A DNA stretch of 46,862 nt from Octopus bimaculoides (Eukaryota): contig NC_068982.1 in NCBI RefSeq assembly GCF_001194135.2, forward strand, positions 43,185,251-43,232,112, written 5' to 3'. Positions 36,495-46,862 of the stretch are shown here, piece after piece (the stretch's first letter is position 1; each line of letters begins with the position of its first letter). The position numbers and the translations under genes were made by a program. The notes beneath the pieces are model-generated. The model did no database searches. It was not told where the DNA came from and saw only the letters and a program-made list of their open reading frames with translations.

Positions 36495-36766
36495 TGTGTA
36501 TGCGAAGGCATGTATATCTCTGAGTTTGTGTGTGTATGGATGTACGCAATGCGTTTGTTCGAGATTGTACAAGTGATTATTTACATATACTTATATAGTG
36601 GCTTTCTGGTCCTTGTAGAGCTTGACCTAATCTACTTATTATTGCTCTTTCCTAGCGTGAGATCATAAATGAGTTTTGAGCGCTGAAAGGCATTTGAAGA
36701 GTATTGCTTCTATCCGCCACGTGACATAGATATGTGTATTTGTGTATATTTTGGTGTACATACATA

Positions 36767-36882
<116 letters not shown>

Positions 36883-37466
36883 CAGACATATACACTCATA
36901 CATATGTCCCAGACAGCCTTGTTTGTTTAATATTTGCTGCATTCTAATGTAGGCTAGAAACCGGACTTTTGGTGAGAAATTCAACACACTACAGATGATC
37001 ATGATATCTGAGGCAACAGAAATCAGCAAGACCTAATTCAAAGGATAAATGACTAGAAAAGACCTTAATTATTCAGTTCCTCAAAACCTTACCACCGGTC
37101 AAACCGCCGGTGAAATCACTCTAAAATCCCAGTCAGGAAGAATAAGCTACATGCATAGCCACATATATGCCATGTTTAAAATGAAGCTGTTAACGTAAGT
37201 GCTGAATGTCTACACTTCTTCATGGAGAGCTTCAATTTTTGCGTCTGAAAGTCGCATGATGTTAATGCACTTAAATTAAATCTATCTGTCTGCGTGTTAC
37301 AATCGTGGCAACAGCAAAAAATATTACTCGTGTGCATGCACATCATCGTGCACGCTTATATCCGGTTTTGCCTCAGTCGGTTGTTTAGTTTGTTTTGTCT
37401 ATTTACAGCTAAGAATATATTCGAAGACACGTGTCTGAAGCGTGCGTGCGCGCGCACACGCGTTTG

Positions 37467-37540
37467 TATGGCTGTGTCGCTAAGAAGCTCGCTCCCCATC
37501 TACGCTGTCTTGGTTTCCGTCCCACAGCACGGCACCTTGA
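37467..37540 (+). mobile_element. SINE family D, 5' head fragment
   Basis: ggctgtgtcgctaagaagctcgctcccc...ggtttccgtcccacagcacggcaccttg is the diverged reverse complement of the ends of 21300-21360 and 32900-32975. Confidence 0.6.
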
Positions 37541-37542
37541 TG

Positions 37543-37598
<56 letters not shown>

Positions 37599-38947
37599 CT
37601 TATACAGTTACATATATGATTGTATGTATGTATGTATGTATGTATGTATGTATGTATGTATGCATTTTGCTTGATTAAATCATTCAAAGTAGTGACCCAG
37701 CCTCGCCACCCTTGATGTTTCTTTCCAATTGCTCTTGGAACATCCTGGCTTCGAATTCCTGGCTTTTCTAAAGTCGATAAAATATGATATTAATCCAGAG
37801 GGACGGATTTGGGGAACTTGCGTCCAGCTTCTTGATCACTGATTTTTTAGGTGATACCGTTCTGCTCGAGTTAACCCCACTGCCTGGTCCTTGGATGTCT
37901 TGCGTTATTTGCTCCGTTGTATGGGTTTGAGCCAAGTGCCCGACGTGAGGATAAGTAGCTTCCTTCTACCAGCTAGGGAGGAACTAAAATCAATAAACGT
38001 TCATGGATACTGAACTTCCGACCACTACGAACTAGTAAAACAAAAATGGTGTTAGTAAGACTGTTCCTTTAAAGTCAGGGACAACTAGAAACCTTTTTCT
38101 TTTCTTTTTTTTTATGCTATTAGCAACATTGTTTGTTTTGCTTCTGATTCGGGGAAAGAGAATGTATCCTATACCGCTAACGAATCTTATATGAAATAGA
38201 AATATAAATTCGACAAAATTGAAAGAAGTTAACAGATAACTGTTTCGAAAATTGAAGGTCTGCAGATAATCAAGTTAGCATCCTTCAGAATGTTGCTGGG
38301 GAATGCAATATATTTGTATAGTGTTTTCTGTGAAGCGAACTAATATGCAAACATAGGTTAAGTATAAATAGTACACAATATTGTTCTGTAAACGTAGTGT
38401 ACAAATGTCTCGGCTCTGATCATCTATTAATTTATTGCTTCTCTCTATGTTACTGTTTTATTTATTCGTCTGGAATATTTTCTTGTTTGTTGACGTTTTT
38501 AGTAGATAAAACCTGAAGGTTAAATTTTGTTTAATATGGTGGTATATTAAATCGAAACTAGTGCTTCATTTAGAAGACCGAAGAGGAATGCGTCAGACCA
38601 AGTTGATCTCAGGACACAGGAAGATGAAACAGAATACTAAGAGTCATTTAGTTCTGCACCACTCTATCAGTTTTAGAAATTCTCTCTTCTTGGTCATATT
38701 AAATATTTTTATTAAGTTTCTTCATACACAAGAAGATGAAAGAGGAAAAAGAACCGAATGACAGTTATTTTTTTATTTCTAAAAATAACATTATTTTTCC
38801 AAGTTTATTTTATTTTAAAACTTCTTTTTATTTTTGTGTTTATATGTTTATTTTCTTAAAACCATTTAGCTAATCACACGATAAAAAAAAAGTTTTCATC
38901 TGTTCTAACCTTCCGGATCTTCAGTTGAGTTACGAATTGGTGCTTAA

Positions 38948-39175
38948 GAATTATCTGGTATTTACACAGCATAGTGATCTCTACCAAAAATCCTCTCCAG
39001 TTACATCGTTCCCATGATATCCCGTAACACATGAATCAGTAAAAGATAACTTAAGTCGATCGTCTTATTTATGACCACCCAAACATTAGTCCTACATTTA
39101 TTGAAAGTAAATATACATATGTATATGTGTGTATAGATGTGTATGTGTGAGAGATAGATAGAGAGATAGATAGAC

Positions 39176-39259
<84 letters not shown>

Positions 39260-39762
39260 GGGGGGGGAGAGAGAGAGAGAGAGCATTTTTGACCACTTCT
39301 TGAAGTCTTACAGTGCGACTATTTTATTTTCTCACATGGGTAATGTGTACGAATAATGGACGAGGAAAGTAGTGAAGTGGCCGAATTAAAGCGAAGCTGC
39401 TCCTTTGGGAGATCGAAACCAATTAAATCAATCCTTGGCGCAAGTGTAGATCACACATTTTCTATGCCAGAGAATGAGTGACGTCCTTGCTTTTATCGAT
39501 ATTACAAATGGGAATTAACTTCAACCAAGAACTGGTCCGGATTACTAAAATACCATCATAAGAATATAAGAATATTTCGGCCCTATCCATCTGCCATGTC
39601 TCGTTTCCAGACACATTGTATCTAGGACTACATTATCTTACGAATCTTTCTCTTTTTAAAACGGTAGAGTTAGCTTTGAATTATTTGGTATTTATACAGC
39701 ATAAAGAACTCTACCTGAAACCCTCTCCAGTTACATCGTTCCCTTGATATCCCGTAACACAT
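38948..39762 (+). repeat. About 85-bp imperfect direct repeat (38948-39032 and 39678-39762)
   Basis: Both copies contain ctctccagttacatcgttccc(a/t)tgatatcccgtaacacat, with looser similarity upstream. Confidence 0.85.
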
Positions 39763-40025
39763 TACGCTGCTATTTCTAGAAGATCGAATTAGTATGTAGC
39801 GCCTCGTTTAGCAGACGATTTTTGTTCAGACCTCAGTCAACCTTAGTCTAGTAAACATATGATCAAAAGCATACCAGCCATAAGCATACTCTGTCTCTGG
39901 GAATATTTAGGGCTACAAAATGGCTTCACGGTATCTAATGGGGTTTAGCGTCCTATTCGTATTTAAAACAATAGGCTCTGATTTAAGGCTTATTTGGTTG
40001 ATGTTGCTAGTGTATCAGCTGACTA
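39560..40025 (-). repeat. Two tandem diverged family G copies
   Basis: First copy: cagacacattgtatctaggactacattatc...acggtagag...ctgctatttctag. Second copy: catatgatcaaaagcataccagcc...tgatttaaggcttatttggttgatgttgctag. Confidence 0.6.
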
Positions 40026-40483
40026 CGTTAGCTTCTTTTGAACAGAGTATTATTAACGGCAAAATGGTCCATGTTAAATTAATAGGTTCTTACCAAAAAC
40101 TGTACTGAGTGAATATAAGTACAATCTCGACTCGGGTGTTTACTTTTCATCTTACACAATGTTGAATGCCATACATAATATGATAAATATTTAGGTCGCC
40201 ATCTTAGTTTCTAAAATAGGTCTAAAATGAACATCGACATCGTTTTTTGTTTTTGTTTATATTTCGACAGTCGCTACTCTTCAAATGATCTTGTAGTTGT
40301 CTTTTCTCTAAGTGTTGTTAACCTGTTTTCGATATTTCTGGTATTTTGTCTTTCTTATTTATTCTTACGATTCTCCTCTGAGAATTATATCAGTTTTACG
40401 AAAGAAAATGTATGTTCACCACTATAAATGTTTATACACATAAGCACTCACAAAGACCGAAACACATACACGTACACATAATA

Positions 40484-40529
<46 letters not shown>

Positions 40530-42765
40530 TATAAGCGCACCTATATCAATATAAATCTGATATGTGTATGTATTAGGTATGCGTGTAAGTAAGGATGTGG
40601 CTATTAAAAGGGAGACAGTTTAAAATGTATCAACACTTGATACGATAGACTGTTTTTTTTTTTCTTTCTTTCATTTTTTTTACGTCGTTTCGTGGCCTGT
40701 GTAGTTTGATTTCCAACCAAACACCACTGTTTGCTGTCTTTTTTTCGTTTTCTTTTTCTTTTTTGTTTCTTCACTGATTCACTTTTCTGAGTTGTATTTT
40801 GAGAACGTGCGCCTGTCTTATTATCAAAACATTTGACAGATATCTAGCGTTCTTTCCCTGTTTTGTTTTGTCTTGTTACATTATTTGCTTTATATTTGTT
40901 TTTATGTGGTGGTAGTGGTAATGGGTTGTTTGAATGTAACTGAAATGACCCATTTTTTTAGCAAGCGTAAGCCCGAGAAACAGACTGTCCTAATGTTAGA
41001 TTATAGTGCAGCTTTTAACCATAATGACATGTGATGACGGCCTATCCTCTTTTAAATGTCGTCTTTACCAGCTGGACACCTATCCCGAAGGAAAGGAAAA
41101 GATACTTATAAAACATTTCCTCGTCTACTTCCGGGTCTGTTCGCTCCTGTTGTGACATGAAATTTCTTACCACGTTTTGCTTCATGATCAAGAAGATAAG
41201 TCGGGAGTATTTTTACTAAAACCCCTTAATAGCAAATAGGTCAAATGCCAAAATATATAATATACTGACATTGCAGTTTAAATGAATTGGTCTTCCCAGC
41301 TTGGATTTCTTTTGATATGCTTTTGCAATGAAATTCTGTAATTTTGCAATTTATATTTTGAGATTATAAAAAAAAAAAGTCACGATATTGTGAAAGAATA
41401 GTAGTACTAGAGATTAAAGAAAAATAAAACAACAAATTTCCGTATTAATTTCTTTAAAATTCTGTCCCGCTAAGATCAGTGATGGCCTCAAGCGGAGCAA
41501 CAGATGTTAAAACACTCAGATAGATTATAAGATTGTCTTGTGATATAGAAGTAGCAGAAAAGCGATTCTTCTGCAAAGCTTAGGTTTAGTGTTGTTGTTG
41601 TTGTTGTGCAGCTCTGGTCAGATGTAATCGTGCAAACCTAAGAATTTGGCGTGTATTCGTTAGATGCCTGAAACTTCACATATTTATACGAATATGTAAA
41701 AGGAATACGACAGAGGTCTTCGTATAAAGAAAGTCGTTTTGTCGGTTTTAAATCATAGTTTGTATAAGATTCTTCTTCTACATTAAAGATCACCGCCCCT
41801 CACCACCACTCTCTGTTGGCTTACTTCGAAGAACTCTTACGCTCTGTCTTCTAACAGCATTTTTCTGTGATGTCATCTTCATGAATAAATTATTAATTAT
41901 TTAATTAAGCTACCCAAAATAATAATTCAACTGTTCTTTATATTGAAATTTATCAGTAGGTAAAAGAAAGAGTTACTCATGAGTTTCATTTGAATTGCAT
42001 TCTATAAGAGGTTTAAATGAAACATATGTTGGGTTTACTGTCAATATCTAATTACATAAAAAGAAAATTTCATTCAATATCTAAAATGAATTGTTACTAA
42101 AATTTTATCATCATCTTTAATGACGAAAGATTTTCTAACTGTACTATGTTTCAATCTGTTTTGTTCTTTGATCACCATCAGAGAACTTATTCTTGGATGT
42201 GTAAACCGTACCAGGATGGATCCGAACAAGGAACTATTACTTCTAAAATATAATGATATTTGTATCCATTAGATCACTAACCCATGTGCTGTTGATGTAA
42301 TTTTATTGATACAATTAAAATCTTTTAAGGCATAATCATTTAATAAACCCCGCGAATTTATTAGACTGCGTTATTTGACTGTGATGTAATTTATTATCGA
42401 TGTCTAGCATTCATATAAGTCTAGGTGAGATTCTCTTAGGGGATGGAATCCATGGTTAAAGACAAAATATGCCATCGTTATAAATTTTAATGTATGCGAT
42501 TACAATCATCTTAGCTTTCTTAGATTTCCGTTAAAAGGGTATTGCTGAAATAAATAATTCAGCATCCGCTAAACTTCGGGTTAAGGTGGTACACTTGCAG
42601 GAAAATGAATATACATAATAGTGATCTCAGGTAAAAACCTTTCTTCACAAATTGAGAAAGGCATGAATGTCACAATTTTTTATTTTCAGTTTGCTTTCAT
42701 GTTTGTGATACTGGATAGTTAATATAGCTTCAATAAAATTATTTCCTTCTTTCCTTTTTTTGTAG

Positions 42766-43112
42766 ACTATTAAATGAAAAAGAGAAGCGACCTTTCATTG
42801 ATGAAGCAGAGCGTCTACGAGTCCAGCACAAAAAAGATTATCCCGATTATAAATACCAACCGCGTCGTCGGAAACCTCTCAAAACTTCTGGTGTTAGCAA
42901 TTCAGGATCAGTCGATGTACAGCACCACCTCCCACCAGGCATGATGTTAAAGTCACTTCAGAACTCACCCACTCCACATATGAGTGATGGCGAGTCTAGC
43001 AATTGCTCAAGTCCTCATAACGGCTCACATGGGCCACCGACTCCACCAACTACACCAAATCAGCAGGAACTTATAAAATGCATGGCAGATCGTTCACGTC
43101 TCAGAAGCATGG
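42766..43112 (+). CDS. SoxE: SoxE (Sox8/9/10-like) internal coding exon (probable exon 2): C-terminal half of HMG box plus Ser/Pro-rich linker
   Basis: A polypyrimidine tract and acceptor (ttcctttttttgtag, AG at 42764-42765) precede a phase-2 start. Translation: (R)[39 protein letters not shown]...[35 protein letters not shown](G). The HMG segment and GPPTPPTTP are SoxE hallmarks. The intron at W-R|L-L inside the HMG box is the known SoxE position. Donor GTAAGT is at 43113. Exon length 347 = 1+345+1. Confidence 0.96.
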
Positions 43113-44259
43113 GTAAGTGTCTCGACGAAGTTTAAAATTTCGAAAATGTGCTTCTACCTTGTTGATTTGAGTTTAGTTATAATCTATCTTTACAGAAATA
43201 TATAGGATAGCATATTTAATGATTATGCTTCTTTAGAAATATAGTTCTTATTTTTGTCGACTTCCTGAATTTGATTTGTAAATTTGAGTATTCCCACATT
43301 AGCACGAACTTATAAATAATAAAGGAGATATTGGTTTCGTCGATTGTTATAGACGATGTTTCTATGACTGGTATTCGTTGTATCAATCCTGGTAAAGACA
43401 ACATCGATTCTTGTGGGGTTCAAACCAAGAACGTTAACGGACGTAAACAAAGGCTTTTTGTTTGGCAAGCGGCCTTTTCTGTCACTCATACATGAATCTT
43501 GATTCATGACCATTGTAGTTTTTTTTTTTTTATCAAACTCTGGTAATGATGGCCTACCATGAACACGTAAGCGTTACTTTTCTAGATAAGGGGTTCTCAA
43601 ACTGATAAATACTTGGTCATCTCCTCTAAAATATTAGGAAAATTTTTGCCTCATTGCTCTTTATTACGAGATTTTTATTTAAGTACATGGTCGGCTATTT
43701 TGCCGTGTGGGTGTTAGTCGATACCATCGACCTAGGAAGGATGGAAGGCAAAATTGACCTTAGCAGGATTTGAACTCAGAAAATAAAGAGCTGCAAGAAA
43801 TACCAAAAAAAAAACAATATTCGCACTTTATTAATGACAAAACAAAATAGAATGTGCATTCACATATTTCATCTTGCCTTGTGATGTTGAACAAGTTTAA
43901 AGTTTTAAAACTTTTGTAAATATATTGATCATTGCAATTTATGCACCTCTTTTTTCAATCCTCACAACCAACCACCACCTATTTTATATCAAACAACATT
44001 CTATCCGACACGAGTAAAGAGTCCTTCCATGACGCACAGGGGGAATATTACACTAGGTTTCAGAATGACAAGTAACTACTGGAAAATTAGAAATGAGAGC
44101 AATAAAAGAGATTGAAGATCAGAATATTATCTTTAGTGCATAGTAGATGTAAAGAGAGGCAATCCTTTACGTTGCATCTAGGTATATCAAACATCTTCAT
44201 CTATTCTTATAATCATTGGTTAGAAGATTTCTCATGATCTTAATATTTATGTATTTCAG
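43113..44259 (+). other. SoxE: SoxE intron 2 (1147 bp, GT-AG, phase 1)
   Basis: GTAAGT donor and TTTCAG acceptor keep the reading frame between the two SoxE exons. Confidence 0.92.
43715..43805 (-). mobile_element. SINE family A fragment in SoxE intron 2
   Basis: atcgacctaggaaggatggaaggcaaaattgaccttagcaggatttgaactcagaa...gaaatacc. Confidence 0.7.
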
Positions 44260-45221
44260 GAGGATTACATTCCCAGGCCCACCCCATTGACTTTAGTCGG
44301 GTAGATCTACGTGAACTTGGAAATGAAGTAATGAGTTTGGACAACATTGATGACCATGAACTTGACCAGTATTTGGCAATGAATCCAGGTGCCATCCTCC
44401 CACACCAACATAACGTCGCTGTAGCGGCAGCGGCTGCTGCAGCCGCCGCAGCCGCCCAGTCTGATAATGGATATACGTGCTACAACCAGGCCAGCCCGAC
44501 TGCTGTCTCTACTGCTCCTACTTGGACTAGCAATTACCGAGTTTCTGCAAGTGCTTGCGTGCAGCCTTTCAATAACGGAAGCCCAACCAGCATTCCTTAT
44601 GATTTATCATCGCAGCAGCAACAACAACAGCAACAACAACAACAACAACAACAGCAGCAGCAACAACAACAACAGCAGCAACAGCAACCACCACCCGCAC
44701 ATCAAGCGGCCAACGGCCACATAGGAATGGCTTCTAATATGGTACCAAACAACAATGCCAACAATGCTAATGTGAATAATTCGAACAACACGAATAACCC
44801 TAACAATGGCGCAGTCGCCAATAACATAGGACATCATCATCGCGGACCAGTTTATACAACAGCCGCTGAAAACGAATGTAAGTTCCGCGAACCTAATTCA
44901 CCGGCAACCATCAAGCTGGAACACCTACAAGCACCCCCACCACCAGCACCCCATGCGCAACCGCAACCACTGCCGCCTCACTACCGTTGCGAAACAAACA
45001 AATATGAAGAATATGACAATACAACATCTCGTTATTCTATGAACGATGACCAGATATACCCAGTAACAAACCACCAACAAACATATTACTCAAACCATAA
45101 TGGACAAGTAGTTTCTAATCCTTCTCCACCGACTTATCAATATCTCACAATGGCTAGACAAACCTTTAACCCCATCGTCGCAGCAGGACCTGGAGAACAA
45201 CCATGGGAACGTTATACATGA
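44260..45221 (+). CDS. SoxE: SoxE terminal coding exon (probable exon 3): K2 domain, poly-Ala/poly-Gln region, C-terminal transactivation-like tail, stop
   Basis: Acceptor tatttcAG (44258-44259) joins in phase 1 (G|GA) in frame with the 44331-45221 ORF. It reads GGLHSQAHPIDFSRVDLRELGNEVMSLDNIDDHELDQYL, matching the SoxE K2 motif (SOX9 [31 protein letters not shown]). It ends YQYLTMARQTFNPIV...EQPWERYT*, resembling the SOX9 tail (TYMNPAQRPMYTPI...QHWEQPVYT). TGA is at 45219-45221. Confidence 0.95.
44424..44456 (+). repeat. Coding poly-Ala tract (A11, mixed GCN)
   Basis: gcg gca gcg gct gct gca gcc gcc gca gcc gcc in the SoxE frame. Confidence 0.93.
44613..44687 (+). repeat. Coding poly-Gln tract (Q25, mixed CAG/CAA)
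   Basis: 25 consecutive CAG/CAA codons counted in the SoxE frame. Confidence 0.95.
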
Positions 45222-46700
45222 AACTTTTAAAATCGTTTTTCCTATATATATTTGTAATATATATAAATATATGCTAATGATATTAATATTAATATTGACG
45301 ATAAACTTCGGTAGATCGAAATTCCTTCCCCTTGTAAGGAAACAGCTGATCTCAAAAGTACAATTTCTTGAAAACCCCTTGTGTATATGAACTAGTGATT
45401 GTGAAATAAAAGAAATTGAAAAAGAAAGCATTCTAAAACACTTGTTTAGAAATTCGGGGGAAAAAATCTAATGACACTTTAATGCTTTCAAATGATTATA
45501 TATATATATGTGTGTGTGTGTATATATATGCTTGCGATTAGGGGGAAAGAGCAAAAGGCAGAGTAGGGGTTTAATCAGAGATATTCAAATTGAATAAATG
45601 GTGACAAAAAAAGCATGTTAATTTACATGAATCTGAAAATCAAATCCTATGACATTTAAACAGTTGTTTGTGTACAGGCACAAGCGTTTCATTTTAAAAA
45701 TTTCTTTTTATGAATCACACATTTGTGTAGAGTAGACATCAGATTCTAGTTAAAGTAAAACTGTGCCTCTATTAAAAGAAAGACGAGGAAAACTTTTCTC
45801 GTTTTATCAACGATAATAAATGATAATTAGAAATTATCTATATTATCAAAGTCATTTGAAATAGAACTTCTTGGGAATATTCCAAGAATACCAAATATTC
45901 GAACTCTTCAGTTCAGCACAACAAGACTGGTACTTAGAAATGCATGTAAAAATCAATTAACAGTATATCTTGTATCATACAATTGACTGTTAAAAACTTT
46001 TAATTTCATGTTTCTCGTTGTATTAGTTACTATTTTTCTTTTTTGTTTTTGTTTCTGTAGTGTTTTCTACATCACCACATGGTATGTATGTTTTAAAGCA
46101 GATGAACACAGCTATGATATATCAATAATCATTGAATACGTTGAAAAGTAAGATATTTTAAAAGGAACAAAATATGATTCATANNNNNNNNNNGTTTTCT
46201 ACAATTGTCAAGCAGATTTTTAACAAAATTAAGCTATAAATTCCATCACATTGATGCAAATATCACAGAGTGTAAAATTCAATCTTTACATCTATATGTC
46301 AGTTAATAGTATTAATTCGTTGTCTTTTTTTTTCGGTTTTTGTTTTATTTTAAATTGAAAATAATTCTAGTGGTCTATGCAGTGTCATGGATAGGAATTC
46401 TTTCGTAGGACTATCCAAAGCATTTGCACAAATGCCTTCAAGCAAACAGACTTCATGAACACAAATAGTATTTTGATGTTTTGTAGTGGTTTCTCATTTC
46501 ATCTCATGCAGTTTGGCTGACACGTTTAGAAAATTTTGACACATATTCATCAAATGAAAGAAATCAAATTTAGTGTACAGGATAGAGTCTTTTTATTTTT
46601 ATCTTGGTTACAGATTGTTTCACTTCAAATGTTTAACTCTATGAAATAAAATCTAGAGAGTGGTGCATCGGTCTGTATTTGATTGGATATTATTTCATCG
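45222..46700 (+). other. SoxE: Probable SoxE 3' UTR / polyadenylation region
   Basis: AT-rich sequence after the stop with no recognisable SINE copies. AATAAA occurs at 45405, 45593, 45815 and 46645. The true transcript end is unknown. Confidence 0.5.
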
Positions 46701-46812
46701 ATTACTATCAACACATAGAAAGAAGTTATATACATATACCACAAAATACATATATATGTGTGTATATATGCATATATATATGTTTATATATGAATATACA
46801 TATGTACATATG

Positions 46813-46862
<50 letters not shown>

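Noticed and set aside
37690-38010. Relatively GC-rich stretch suggestive of an exon or TE remnant
   Set aside because: No open frame, motif or second copy that I could recognise.
44467-44840. Alternative-frame and antisense ORFs overlapping SoxE exon 3
   Set aside because: By-products of the CAA/CAG and AAC-rich coding sequence.

Overview
AT-rich, microsatellite-dense animal genomic DNA from a gappy draft assembly, with 18 N-gaps totalling about 7.6 kb. The SINE families and repeat landscape look like Octopus (coleoid cephalopod); this is an inference from remembered repeat sequences, not a database match. The only host gene I can support is a group E Sox transcription factor (SoxE, Sox8/9/10-like) on the + strand. 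Its last two coding exons are 42766-43112 (C-terminal HMG box and GPPTPPTTP motif) and 44260-45221 (K2 domain, poly-Ala, poly-Gln, C-terminal transactivation-like tail, stop), followed by a probable 3' UTR. The exon with the N-terminal half of the HMG box is not visible. So either 1-42765 belongs to a very large intron 1, or that exon is hidden in a gap. The upstream region holds at least five families of short interspersed repeats and remnants of mariner, maT (DD37D), Penelope-like and LINE elements. It also has three foldback/MITE-like inverted-repeat elements, several local duplications and many microsatellites. Almost all other ORFs in the track are microsatellite or N-gap artefacts. I found no convincing novel multi-gene system. 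The best leads are the SoxE gene architecture and protein motifs, and the long inverted repeats.
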